Both the position numbers and the translations under genes were made by a program. A stretch of 64,000 nt of DNA, taken from NCBI RefSeq assembly GCF_018350175.1, contig NC_058383.1, forward strand, positions 3,286,001-3,350,000. The letters run 5' to 3'. The notes beneath the pieces were generated by a model. That model saw only the letters and a list, made by a program, of their open reading frames with translations, was not told the origin of the DNA and searched no databases. Each line of letters opens with the position of its first letter. Position 1 is the first letter of the stretch. This stretch comes from Felis catus. Its lineage: Eukaryota. Shown here piece after piece: positions 12,633 through 25,590 of the stretch.

Positions 12633-13270
12633 AGGGATGGACTTCTCTCCACCAAAAAGAAAACAGAAGTGGATAAGAAATATTTTCTCCAGTGGGAATC
12701 CTCCATATTTAACAGACTCTCCTTTGTCCCTGCTTGAACTGGATCTCAGCTACTGGCATCTTGGGGTTCAGCCATGGCCACGTTTTCCCTACGTGTATGC
12801 AGCTTCCCACTACTCAAACTTCTTCCCTTCGACTCCAGCCCTCTTTCCTCCCGCATGTTTTACTGACGAGTGGGGAGGAGAGTATGTCTTTGCCCCTGGT
12901 CTTGGGGGTACAGCATGTCCAAGCAGACAAGATTATAGGAAGCCGTATCGGAGCCACTGAAAAGCGGGCAGAAGTTGGGGAGGTGAGAGGGTGGTAAAAG
13001 CAGGGATTTGGGTGGATGTGTGGAACCTCCTGGAAGAGTGAGGGTGGAATTGGCTTGAAAGGGTGAGTCAGCTCCACAGGGACAGAGTGCAGAAGGGTAG
13101 GTATCTCATTCATCTTTCTTTGGAGGGATGTCGGAATGTGGTAGAAATAGGACCACAAGCTCAAAACATTTTTGAGGTGTCACATGGCCGTTTACAAAAA
13201 CTTCTGCCTTCGGGAAGTAATGACAGAACAGCAGCCAGCTGGACCCAGGCGACCACTTCACCTCCGTTCT

Positions 13271-13494
13271 TTTTTTTTTTTTTTTTAACGTTCATTTACT
13301 TATTTTGAGAGACGTAGTACACACGCATGAGCAAGCACAGGGAGGAGCAGAGAGAGAGGGAGAGAGAGGATCCTAAGCAGGCTGTGCTCTTTCATCACAG
13401 AGTCTGATGCAGGGCTCAATCTCAAAGCCATGAGTTCATGGCCTGAGCTGAAATCAAGAGTCACTCTTAACCATTGGAGCTGCCCAAGTGCCCC
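13271..13494 (-). mobile_element. CanSINE
   Basis: Poly-T, GA tract and head ...tgcccaagtgcccc. TSD ttcacctccgttct / ttcccctctgttct. Confidence 0.93.
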
Positions 13495-13889
13495 TTCCCC
13501 TCTGTTCTTAACACACCAGTTTTATAGGTTTTCTTCTCCATGACCCAGGTACAACCCAAGATCCCAAGAACCCACTCACACTCTTCCGGAAATGATGTTG
13601 GGATTCACAGGAAGGGAAGTCATAAGTAAGCTACAAACTTTAAACAAACTTTAAATCTGCATTTGAAAGGCAAAGAGAACAACAGCGAACAAGGCACATT
13701 TGAAAGGGAAGAAAGCCACAAGAATAGATCAGAAAACAGAATAGAACATTGTAATTGTATTATGTTAGTTGATTTTTAAAGATATTTTAGAATATATGAC
13801 ATACAGTCCTTTTGATTACTGGGAGGCTGATTTCCATCATGTGAAACAACCAAATGAGAGCTTTTCTTAGATCTCAAGCCACTTTGAAA

Positions 13890-14200
13890 GATTGATTCAT
13901 TCACGTATTAATCCACCAAGTATCGATTGAGCATCTCACTACTGTGGCCAGTGTCAGGATCTGGGGATTCTGTGGTGAGCAGGACATAGGTGGCTCTGCT
14001 CTACTGGACTCCCAGAGGGGAAGAAAGATGACAAGCAAGTCAACAAGTACCTGACGGCAGTCATTCCTGAGAGTGCTCCATGCTTTGAATGATGAAGACG
14101 GATAGAGAGAAGGACAGAGGCCCCAGGAGGGAAGAGATTTGTCAGCTTTGAGGAGAGAAAGCCGGAGTAGCTGGACGGTAGCTACCGAGGGGGAGTGTGG
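13890..14200 (-). mobile_element. L2 LINE 3' fragment
   Basis: ttcattcacgtattaatccaccaagtatcgattgagcatctcac...ctggggattctgtggtgagcaggaca. Confidence 0.7.
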
Positions 14201-15299
14201 TCTGAGATGGTGGATACGGTGGACTGACTCTCCAAACCAACACATACATGATGCTCCATATGATTCGAGCAACGTTATGGGCTCCCTCCACTCAGAATCC
14301 ATGAACACAGATTAATTCAAGGGGGAAGTTGAATTTAGGTTTTGGCTCCTATAGAAACCAAGCTGGTTAGATTGGGGAAGCCCGTCATGGTTACATGTGT
14401 GTGGGAACAACGTGTCCTGTTTTCAAGGTAGTGACAACGGAGAAACAGTCGGGGAGAAAGCTGAAGACTTTGAACGTGATCCCGCTGGTCATGAGAGCTG
14501 GGTCACCAAGACACCGAGTGTTCCCCAAGTGGGGTGACCTCGCTATGGGTTCCCTGCAGGGATTCAGACTGGAAGGACACGGCCATCGCCTCCTTCCTCT
14601 GTCCTTAGGGCAAGTTAAGAATGATGGGCTAGACACTAGGAGAGTGTAGACAGGCTAGTACGTGTGTGTGGGGTTGGAGGGAGTTCATTCTGAGAGCTGA
14701 TGGTAAAGTTGTGATCTTTCAAGTGATAACACAGAAGGAAGCCAAATTAAGGCTCCACCAGACACAAGAAAAAGCCTGTTTAGTGATCGTATCATGTTAG
14801 ATTCAAATGAAATAAGAATTGGCCTTGGTCAGTCTGTCTGAGGACATGAGTTCAGACGGGCTGAAGAATAAAAGGCCTTCAACCCAGCAGAGAAAAAATA
14901 GACTCTTCACTGAAAGCAAATTTTCTGCAAGTACATTAAGGAATTAGAATCTGCTTATTTTGATGTTGGGGATATATAAAAGTGTAGCTCCTTTTGATTA
15001 AAACATTTTTAAGACTTAAAATATACTTATTGATCTCTAGGTAATTTTTCATCTTTGAGATAATGTTTTTCATTTGAATCATGATTTTCTTTAGAAATGA
15101 TGGTGTGTTATATTTCTTAGCTATCATCCATTGGCTGTGTGTGGTTTACGACTGCATTAACATGTTCTTTCTTTCATGGAAGAGATAAATATTTTTTTGG
15201 CAGACCCATTACTTACCCTTTATATCTTTCTAGAGATGCTCAGAGTTCACAGATTACATAAAACTTCTCATAAAAAAAAAAACAACCCCTATTTCATGA

Positions 15300-15900
15300 C
15301 TGAAGAGTAATTTCGGTTCACATGTTTAGCAGAATGTTAATCCTGGCATATTTAGCTGCTGTGATGAAGGATTGCTCCTGGGTGGCCTGGCACGTTCAGG
15401 AGAAAGGCCCAAACTTGTGAGTCATAGGTTAGCCTTATAATTTGGGAGGAAATACAATCACGTAACCTGACATTACCCACTAGGAGCGTTACTGTTTATT
15501 GTTTATTAATGAACAGTAAACAAACCTGCCACCAGTCATTGACTGTGGAAAATGTGCTGCTTAGCTACTCCATTGACTGGTACCGTCGGAGCAGGGGGTT
15601 TATGTCAGGGAGGCTCAGTGATTATTAAATACCATCCAACAGACTCTTGATATAATGAGATTAAAACTGTCTGTACAGAGGAACCAGACTTTATTAAAAA
15701 AGAAATAGGGAAAGAAAACTGCCTTATCAAAGTTGACTTTACAGACTGGGTGACATCTGGTTAATAAATTTGCTGTTTTTGTTGAAAACGTAACTTGCAT
15801 TGCTACTAGATTAAAAAAATACACGTGGAGGTCTTCATAACCAGATAATGTAATACGATCTGCTACTACGGTCAAACCCTATTCTTTCATCTGTACTTTT
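15300..15900. promoter_or_regulatory. Candidate conserved enhancer
   Basis: Lies in a ~2.8 kb repeat-free block. AP-1 tgagtca 15418-15424, forkhead tgtttat x2 (15493, 15500) and gtaaaca 15516, TCF atcaaag 15726. Confidence 0.4.
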
Positions 15901-17545
15901 CTTCCACAAGTATTTGCCCATATTTTAATTCTGCATTCTCCCATGATAAACAGTCTAAACTTACATCCTAATGTCAGACTAGCACAAATGGAAACCCACA
16001 CTCTTGTTGATTGTTGATTTCTCTGGAAACTAAGGGAACCTCCAGTGCAGAAGTTGTATGTACAATAGCATGCACCTTCTTCACAACAAAAGTTAAATTG
16101 CAGATACTCTGTTAACTTACACACAAAAGAAATTATGTTCAAGAGCTGCTGTTTATAAAAAAGGTGTTTCCTTTAGCATCATTTTAGCTTTCTGGACGAG
16201 AAACATCTATATAGCTTTCTTTTGTTGCTTAATATTCTGAGATGAATAATTGACATGTATGATATCATTGCTCTATATAAGAAAATGTAAATTACCATGT
16301 TACACTGTTGAAAGCAATAATACAAAACAGAAATATGAAGTTGATATTTCTCATTCAGGAAAAACAAAGCTACTTCTGGTCATTCTGGGGCATTCTACTT
16401 GGCTGCGGAATGCTTTCAGTTGAAGATTTCTTGTAAAAAAATAAGTGGAAACGAGTACAGTGGGAACAGCTGTATTTTTCATTTTTCTAAGATCTCAATC
16501 AGAGGAGCAAAGCCCAGAGGGCAGTGGGGTGGTTAGGAGTCAGAGTGGCTTCTAGCTTTCTGAAGTCACTGGGCTGCTGACCCAATACACTGACTCCCCT
16601 TCTTAGCAACCCCTCCCCTGCTTCTCCCCCCGCACATGCAACAGTCGGTTTCCACAGGCCACGTGGATTTTCCTTGCTGATAAGAAAATGTAGTCACACT
16701 ATTTTTAACTCTTTGAAATTGAAGATTTTGAGACCTCACCTGGAGCAGGACATCGGCTCCCTCAGGCAGTCACCTGGGCGTTGGAATGTCATTCTGCCCA
16801 GCAAAAGGGAGGAGCTTAAAGTGTACGGTTGAATTAAAAGCCAACATAACACATTGCCTGTAACAAATCACACAGGGGTTCCTTTTGTTCCCACAGGGTA
16901 GAAAAAGAAAACGCTGTTAAAATAGTTTTATTCCAAAGAAATGCCATCTGATACTTATTGTTCCCTCAGTATTACAACTTGAACATCTTGGGGCTTATCT
17001 TGGATCATCCACCTAAGTGTAATGTAAGGTTGTGTATAAACGGACTACTGTCATTGTGTCATGAGAAGTAAAAATGATCAAAATAATAAAAGGCATTTAA
17101 AAATGCATTATTCTTTAATACAAAGCCTTTGTCACCACTCAGAGAAGTTTATGTAAAACTATTTAATACTTCACCTTTGAAAACTTCTTAAAGATATTAT
17201 GATCTAGGAACCAGAGTTTCTGTGAGTTTTTGATATATTAAACTTAACTCTCTCATTCTAATATATCAAGTAATTGCCACTTCTCATTATTTTCACAGTT
17301 CTCTGGCCCTTTTGAGCTAAGGCAGCTGGCCTTGTGTGTCAATTTCCAGGGGGAAAATGATGGTTATCAGGAATGAAATAAGTTTTCAATATGGGTATAA
17401 CTGTTGCATTGAACAAGCAGGACTTAGAAGGATGTCAGTTTGAGATAAATAGCTTTTATTCTGGTCTCTTATCATTTTGAAACACTGTGTTTAGACTAGT
17501 CTTTCCCTGACCCCATGGGGGAAATCTCTAGCAAGTGCCATTTAA

Positions 17546-17724
17546 TTTTTTTTTTCAGTTTACTTATTTTGAGAGAAAGAGAGTGGGGGGGGGCAGAGAG
17601 AGAGGGAGAGCTTCACTGTCAGCACAGAGCCTGATACAGGGCTCAATGCTCCAAATCATAAGATGATGACCAGAGCTGAAATCAAAAGTCAGACACCTAA
17701 CCCACTGAGCCACCCAGCCGCCCC
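17546..17724 (-). mobile_element. CanSINE (internally deleted)
   Basis: Poly-T, GA tract, ctgtcagcacagagcctga...ctgagccacccagccgcccc. Confidence 0.92.
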
Positions 17725-18456
17725 TTAAAAGAAAGTAAACTTTTAATTTTAAGTAATCTTAGATTTACAGAAGAGTTGCATAGTTAATACAGAGAATTTT
17801 GTAGACTCTTTATCCAGTTTCCCACATAACATTAACATTTTACATAATCCTAACCCATTTTTCAAAACTAAAATTAACATTGGTACATTGCCATTAACTG
17901 AAATACAGAGTGTATTCAGATTTCACTTGTTTTTCTACTTATGTTTTTTTTTCTGTTGTAGTATCCACTCCAGGCTATCATGCTGCACTTAGTTGTTATG
18001 TCTCCATAGTCTTTTCCAATCTGTAATAGTTTCTGATTTCTTCCTTGTGTTTCATGACCTTGACATTTTTGAAAGGTACTGGTCAGGTATTGGTAGAAAT
18101 TATTTGACTGATAATGAATTGAATCTGTAGATCAGGTTGGAAAGAATTTGATGTCTTCACAACATTCAACTTGCAATCCATGAATATGGTATACCTTTCC
18201 ATTTATTTAGGTCTTCTTTAATTTCTTTCATCAGTATCGATAGTTTTTAGCATACACATCCAGCACAAGTTTTGTTAAATTTATATCTAAGCCTTTCTTG
18301 TCTTTTTTGTTTTTGGTGCTAGTGTAAATAATGGATTATCTCCTTTCCCCCAGATTCACCTTGTTCACTTGCTGGCATAACAGGAATACAATTGACTTTT
18401 ATATATTGACCTTGTATCCTGCTCTCTTGCTAAAATCACTTAATGTTAGAACTTTT

Positions 18457-18524
18457 TCATAAGTCCTTTCAGGGTTTCCACATAGACATTTCATAAGTCC
18501 TTTCAGGGTTTCCACGTAGACATT
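18457..18524. repeat. 34-bp tandem duplication inside L1
   Basis: tcataagtcctttcagggtttccac(a/g)tagacatt x2, one mismatch. Confidence 0.95.
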
Positions 18525-18892
18525 GTGAGTAGAGACAGTTTTGTCTCTTCCTTTCCACTCTATATTACTTCCTTTCCTTGCCTTGGTGTACTGAATAGGA
18601 TGTTGAGTAGGAGTGGTGAGAGAAGACATTCTTTCTTTGATCCTAATCTTAAGGGAAAAGTCCTCAAGGGAAAAATGATGTTTAATCATTAAGTATGATG
18701 TCAGTTTCAGGTTTGGGGGGCTATCTTATAGTTGGCTAATAAAGTTCCCTTGTATTTCTCATTTGCTAAGAGTTTTAATCATGAATGAATGTTGAATTTT
18801 ATCAAATTCATTTTCTGCATCTACTGAGATGTTATATGGTTTTTCTTAGCTAGTCTATTAATATGGTAAGTAAAATTGGGGTTTTTTAAAAA

Positions 18893-19105
18893 TTTTTTTA
18901 ATGTTTATTTATTTTTGAGAGAGAAAGACTAAGAACAAGATGGGGAGGGGTAAAGAGAGATGGAATCTGAAGACAGAATCTGAAGCAGGCTCCAAGCTCT
19001 GGGCTATCAGCACAGAGCCTGATGCGGGACTCAAACTCATGAACCGTGAGATCATGACCTGAGCCAAAGTCGGATGCTTAACTGACTGAGCCACCCAGGT
19101 GTCCC
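18893..19105 (-). mobile_element. CanSINE SINEC_Fc-type
   Basis: tttttttaatgtttatttatttttgagagaga...gacagaatctgaagcaggctcc...ctgagccacccaggtgtccc. Confidence 0.95.
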
Positions 19106-22100
19106 TGATTGTTTTTTTTAATATTCAACCCACCTTCCAATACTGGGATAAACTCCACTTGGCAATGATGTATTATTCTTCTGTACACTTTTATATATTT
19201 TGTATTCAATTTTCTAGTCTGTGAAAATATTTACATCTATATTCATGAAGTACATTTAGCTGTAGTTTTCTTTGCTTATAATGTGTTCATCTAATTTTGG
19301 TATTAGAATAATGTTGGCCTAATAAAATGAGTTGAGAAGTATTCCCTTCTCTTCTGTTTTTTCTAGGAGATTGCATAGGAGAATCAACATGTTTCAGAGA
19401 TTTCACCAGTGACAGTATATCTGGGTCTTGAATTTTATTTTTTGTTTGTTTCATTTTTAAACTTTGCAACTACACACACAATTTTGTTAATAGATCTAAG
19501 ACTATTCAGGGTTTTTTTTCCTTGAGTGAGTTTTGGTAGTTTTTTTTTTTTTTTCAAGGAATTTGTTCTTAAAAATTCTAAGTTGTCAAATTTATTAGCA
19601 TAGAATTATTTTTGGTATTTATTATCTTTTTAATGTATATGGTATCAACAATGTTTCCTCTCTCATTCAATATTTGTAATTTGAGTCTTGTCTCTTTTTC
19701 CTCAATCAGCTTGCCTAGAAGTGTATCACTTTTATTAATACCTTTTTTAAAAAACAGCTTTTGGTTTCATTGACTTTAGCTCTGTTTTCTGGAAGCTTTT
19801 GTCATGGCTGCTATAGCGTTTACAATATAAATTTTAAAATAATCTGTGTCAACCTTCAAATAATAGTATACTTCTTCACATGTAGAGAAACGTTATAACA
19901 GAGTATTCTCAATTCCTCTCCCTCATCTCTTTTACTATTATTGTCACATATTTAATTTTAAATATGCTGTCAACCCACAATATAATGTTGCTATTACAGC
20001 CTTAGTCAGTACTTATTTAGGTAACTTAAAAATAATAAAATGTACCTTATTTTATTTTAAATTCACTTTTTTCTTTGCTGATGCTCTTTATTTCTTTGTG
20101 TGTATCAACATTCCTGATCTATGTCATATTCTGCCTAAACAATTCTCTTTAATGTTTCTTGTAGCTCAGGTCTCCTGGCAATAAATTCCCTGAGTTTTGG
20201 GAGAGAATGTTGTTTGTTTGTTTTGCCTGAAAAGGTCTTTATTTATTCTGCACTTTTGCAGGAGAGTTTCATTGGGTATAGAATTCTATACTGATATTTT
20301 TCTTTTAACATTTGATGTAATTCCATCATTGTTTTGCTTTCCTGGTGTCTGACAAAAAGTCTTCTGTATTTTTTATCTTGTTCCTCTGTGAGTAATATCT
20401 TCCCCCCCCCCCTTTTTCCCTTCACGATTTTTTGTCTTCAGCTTTCAGCAGTTTGAATATGATTTCTAGAGGTTTTGTTTCGTTTTAATGCTGTTTGGTG
20501 TTCTCTGATCTTGGATCTGTAGTTTGGAGTCTGCCACTAATTTTGGAAAATTCTTGACCAATATTTCTTCAAGTGTTTCTTTTCCTTCTGTCTAGGATTT
20601 TAATTATGTGTGTATTAGACTGTATTCTCCCATAATTCTTGCATGCTTTCTTCTGTTTTATGCACCTTTCTTTTTCCTCTTTAAATTTCAGTTTGGATGA
20701 TTGCTATTCTATTGATCTCTCTTAAAGTTCAATAGTCTTTTCTTTCAGAGGTATTTATGAGTCCATCAGAGGCATTCTTCATTGCCATACTGTGTTTTTT
20801 AATTTCTATCATTTCCACTTAATTCTTTCTTACGGTTTCTGTTTCTGTGTAAAATTACCTATCTGATCTTGTATATTATGTGCCTTTTCCATTAGAACTT
20901 TTAACATATTCACCGTAGTTAATTTAAATTCCTCGTCTGATAGTTCCACCATTAACATCGTGTCGTAAGTCTGTCTCTGATGATTGTTTTCTCTCTCCAT
21001 GGAGTGTTTTTCTTTGCCTTTTCCACATGCTTCATAGGTTTTGTTGAAAGATACATCATGGATGATGGATACTTAGGTAAATATTTTTTTTATGCTCAGA
21101 GATAAGCCTGCCTTTTCTTCTGCTAGTGTTTTAATATGAGGGTATGTTAATTCTGTCAGGCATCAGGCTGGATTTCAAGTTGGCCTTGGCCTTGTTATGG
21201 TGGCCCTCATTCGCCTGGAGGTTTCAGATTCCTCTCGTGATATCTTGTATTTACAGCGTAGGCTAATTTTCCAGAGGGTTTTTCTGTCCCCCTTGTCTGT
21301 TCCCACTTGTCTTTGAGTCCCCCAATGAGTCTTTGAGTGTTCTCTGTGCGTCACTCCTGAGGGATCCTGTCTCTGGCAGAATCCCCACTGTATCCCTAGT
21401 TATTTTCACTCACTGTTTTTTCGTGCTGGGTGGGGTCCAGGGACAGAGGGCATTCTCCTGTGTTCTGATTAGGTCTCGCTGGTAGGCAGGCTCTGTGAAC
21501 CTGTGCTCGGGGTTGTGGCCCTTAAGTGTTCCCGTTCCCCCTCTATGCATCCTGCTGGCCCAGCGCACGTTCCGGTCTTCCTTCTAGGGTAGAGCCAACC
21601 CCCTCCCCCGGCCCCCACTTCCCAGCCTGGCCTTACAAGGAGTGCTTAGTGTCCTCAGGCTACAGTTTTGTTGCTCTTTCTTCTGTGTGTTAAGGCTTTC
21701 ATTCCTTTGGGGATTTAGGAGAGAAGGGTACGGGCAGTTTGGGTAATGACTACCATTCCCCTCTCCCACCTGCAGCAGGTGGCTAGCAGTGCCTTAAGGC
21801 CATGTTGTGCTGTTCTCCCCCCTATAGAGTATGGTTTTTGTTTTTAGGGGGATAGAAGAAATAAGTCTGGTCAGAGTTTCAGCGCGGCTGCTGTTCCCTG
21901 GCCCCAGCCAGCACCACAGCGGAGCCTCCTTAGGATTTCCATTGGTCTTCCCTGTGAGCACCTGGTTGGGGTCCTGGAGGAAAACCTTGCACTAGGCTGT
22001 TCACCCCTTTCTGCCTGTGAGCCCTGGCATGGTGCACACTCTCGCTAGCCCTCTCTTGGCCTTGGGCAAATCATTAGAACTTAGCCGAACCTTCCTCTGG

Positions 22101-23778
22101 GCCCTAGTTGTATTCAGTGGTGTCTGCCCCATATTAGCAAATGCCTGGGTCCTGGTTCTCCGTGGAGGTGCCTATCTCTTTCCAGATTTGGGGTTGTTTG
22201 CCCTCAACTTCTGTTCTCTGACAGGTTCAAGAAAAGCTGTTAGTTTGCACTTTGTCCAGTGTTTTGCTCGTTGTGACAGTGGGAGGCTCTTTCCAGGTCT
22301 CTACAGGGAGGAGATAGAGGCAGAAATTCACCATATCCAGCCTCTGCCTTTTCTGTTTCTAGTCACTGTCAGAACAGTGAACATCCCTCCCCCGCCGCCA
22401 CCGTAATACTCTAGATAATCTCTGTGTAGACAGCAAGTCGTGTGGTCAAACATACAGGAAATGCTCTGAGCTACTTGCGCTCCCCCGCCTTCAGGCTTGT
22501 GTCAGACTCACTACAGTGGGAACGGGGGTGGTGACCGGCGTCTCCTTGGTCCCCACCTCTGTTTATACTCTGTCCCTTCCAGCTAGCCATGCCTTTTACC
22601 GAATGAACCCCTCAGCTTGGAGATTTAGGGATAGAGCGGCCAAGATTGGCTAGAGGTTGGGGTGAGGGAAGGGGACATAAAGGATGCATGTTCGTGAACC
22701 TGCACGGGTGTTTCAGGTGACAGTCTCTTAGGAGAGCCCCAGCCGTACTCCCGAGATCCACTCGTGCCGGGGAACCTGCACCTGGGATCCCTTATCGTGG
22801 AGGAATGCCTGTCTTCAACCTGTGGGTCCTTGTATCTCCTTTCTTAGCCCCTAGCCAGCAGGCGCTATGCTTCTAGCTTCTCCCCCCTCTTACTCTCCAG
22901 GGATTTCTCTTGTGAAAGCTCTTACATGGTCCAGAGGGAACGTCCACCCTGGTGGCCCTGTGCCCTGCTGCCACAGGAGGAGGACAGCTGCACTCCAGAT
23001 GGCAGGTCCCCTGCCGCAGGCACTGGAGCCGGTCTCCAGGCCGTGGGATACCAGCCTGCTGTTGCCCCAAACCTCCAGGGACACGTGCACACTCTCCCAG
23101 GGTCCCCAGAGCTTCTGTCCCTTGACTTGAGGTGAATGAGGGGAAGGGTCAGACTCCCAGCATTATGACAACTTTCTCCCCAGTTTTTCTTCTGCTCTCT
23201 AGCTTTTTTGGTGCCATTTTCTCCAGTCTCCTTGAGGCTGGGAATTTGTGGTCCGCTAAAGATTGCAAAACCCATTTTTGACATCGAGTGTTACAAATCC
23301 TCTTCTGCGGATCTCGCATGGTGGGATGTGGACGGAATCATTACTTAAATTTCCTAGGCTCTCAACAGGACAGGAAGAATCCGGTGTAAGCGTCGTCTTA
23401 CCAATGTTCTGTTTAAGCGAATAGATGCTTTTAGTAACTGTTTGCAGAACAGAGCTTTTTCTCTGGGTGTTATTTTTATAATTTTAAGATGTGAAAAGTC
23501 AGAGGGCCATACAGAGCTCATAATGTCTTAAGATATTTCAAGTTTAAGATACTGAAGATTACATTTGAGACTTTAGATTTCAGAACTCAAAACGCAACGC
23601 TATAGTGTATCTCAAGTGGCCAAAGGAAAGATTTTTTGAAGGGACGTAGATACTATTGTCTTTCCTTTTGTCCTGGTGACACTTTTAATCAAGATATGTG
23701 ACCACACTTCCACGTGAGGTCTTTATAGCTAAGGCAGTATATAGACGTGGAGCCGATTCACCAAATCTTAGCATTTTA

Positions 23779-23830
23779 TTTTTTTTTTATTTTTAATTTT
23801 ATGAAATTCAAGTTAATTAACATGTAGTGT
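23779..23830 (-). mobile_element. Extremely 5'-truncated carnivore L1 (3' tip only)
   Basis: Poly-T plus aaattcaagttaattaacatgtagtgt (compare 47500-47520). Flanked by degenerate TSD aaatcttagcatttta / aaacctaggcatttta. Confidence 0.65.
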
Positions 23831-24054
23831 AAACCTAGGCATTTTAGTACAGCTCTGTCATACTTTATTCAGTGTTTCTAAAATTATTTTTGTGGAATTG
23901 AAATATATCTTAATGGAGATTTTCCTTTTAAATGAATTCTACGTTTTTTTTTCATAAAGCAAAGACTTTTTTAATTAAGTAAATAGCCTGTCTCCCTCTG
24001 ACCCCTCCCTCTCTTATGTATAAATCTTAATTCTTAGATTCAGAGGGAACACGT

Positions 24055-24405
24055 TCATAGCTTAGAAGATCCAGCTTCAGAATCAAGAGCTCTAGATTCA
24101 GATTCTGGCCAGGAACAGCCCCCTAATCAATCAGAACGGCACCTGATCGATCAGAACGAGTGTCTGACTAATCACAATGGCCACTTGACCCGTCAGAGCC
24201 CCTGAGCCATGTCTGGCCCAGAGCGCCCGGACTTACCCTTCTTCTGCACTCCCCCTACATGGAGAGGCCACCGTCTCGGAGCCTCAGTTTCTTCCTGGTG
24301 TGGGTAAAATAGTCCCTGTCGTGCAGAGTTGTTAAGAGGACTGACCAAGGTACAGTGGTTCCTGGCACTTAGTAGCCTCTCAGCAGAAGGCAGCTGCTGT
24401 TATGA
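24055..24405 (+). mobile_element. MIR SINE interrupted by an insertion
   Basis: 5' part tcagaatcaagagctctagattcagattctggcc. 3' part ctcggagcctcagtttcttc...cagagttgttaagagga...cctggcacttagtag. Confidence 0.6.
24110..24200. mobile_element. MER45-like (hAT-Tip100) fragment
   Basis: Repeated aatcagaacg units after gccccctaa, as I recall for MER45 internal repeats. Confidence 0.4.
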
Positions 24406-24584
24406 CATTGCTAGGTGTCAGACTTGGCAGAGAGAGAGAGAGAGAGAGAGCATACTCCCTCCTTTGCTGCCTCCTCTTGAATTCACTTCTTTTGGGGATT
24501 GGTTAATTGATAGAGATATGAACTGTATCTAATGGAGACTTTTCTCCCTTTCCCAGCTAAAAATCTTTAGGTGATTCCCCCTTT

Positions 24585-25100
24585 CATTTTTTCTTGTAAA
24601 AGTATCGAGCAATGAGAGAATACGGAAGAATTATGGAAAAGAAGTGCAAAGTCACCTGTGACCCTATCGTGCGGTCAGCTACCGTCAACTTTTGAGTTCT
24701 ATCCTTCCAGACTCCTTCCTGTAAAAATATACCAACGTGGACGAGAATGGGGATGTGCTAAACATAATGTGCTGAAGCCTCCCTTTCCCTCAGCTGCTGT
24801 GTTGCAAACATGTTTCCACGTCAGTAAGTAAATCATCACAGAATGCCAGTATATGGGCTTCCCAAATTAAATAAATTTGGGTCAGTGGCCATCAATGGAC
24901 TTGCAGGGAACTGCTTTACAACATTCATCTTTAAAACATACACAGTTATGTTCCTAGAACGTATCCTAGATGTGGATCTGCCGGACGGAGAGAACATGTA
25001 TTTAAGTAATGAAACGTGTCACCGAATGCACGTGGGAAAGGCGGCTCTAAATTATACTCCCCTTAAAGCATAAGTAATATCCACATCTCCACATTTGGGA
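24585..25100 (-). mobile_element. L1ME-like 3' fragment
   Basis: aaagtcacctgtgaccct...ttctatccttccagac...aatggggatgtgctaaacata...cctagatgtggatctgccgg. Confidence 0.6.
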
Positions 25101-25474
25101 GTTTTAGAATAAAATAAAATCTTTGTATGTTCTCTGATAAGACCATTTTCTCCCTAAAATTAAATAGTATCTTTAAAAAAAAATGCCTTCATATTAAAGT
25201 TAAAAAAAACCCTCGCTTATTTAAAAATTAAACATAGCTTTTATAAAGCAAGTCCTCCCCTCACAGCAACTATGGAAACTGATTTTCCAGAATCCTGGGG
25301 TCCTGGGCGGCCGCTCCTTTAGAGGTGCACATAGTGAGGCATCAGGTCAGAGGGTGGACGGGAAGAGTATCCTGGGTCCTGCCGACCACTTCCCCTTCCC
25401 CTGCCTTCCTATGTTGGAAAGTCCTGGGGGGTTCATTAGTCTTCTCCTAACTTCAGGGCTGCCCTGTGACAATT

Positions 25475-25590
25475 ATTTTTTTTTAATGAGTATAACATGC
25501 ATACGGCAAAGTATAAAAATCTTAGCTGAGTGAATTATTACAAAGCAAACACACCCGTGTCATTGCCACCAGGTTAAGATCAGAAAAATA
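25475..25590 (-). mobile_element. L1ME 3' tip
   Basis: ttttaatgagtataacatgcatac...aatcttag...aaacacacccgtgtcattgccaccaggttaaga. Confidence 0.65.

Larger units (their letters stand above)
17741..22330 (-). mobile_element. Ancient L1 (L1MC/L1MD/L1M4-like) spanning 3'UTR to 5'UTR with large internal deletions
   Basis: 3' end agatttacagaagagttgca; ORF2 RT remnants (ORF 18399-18689 ending KRAGYKVNI); endonuclease ~19550-19790; ORF1 ~20230-20800; 5'UTR ctgtgagcacctggttggggtcctggagg...cagaaattc. Confidence 0.85.
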
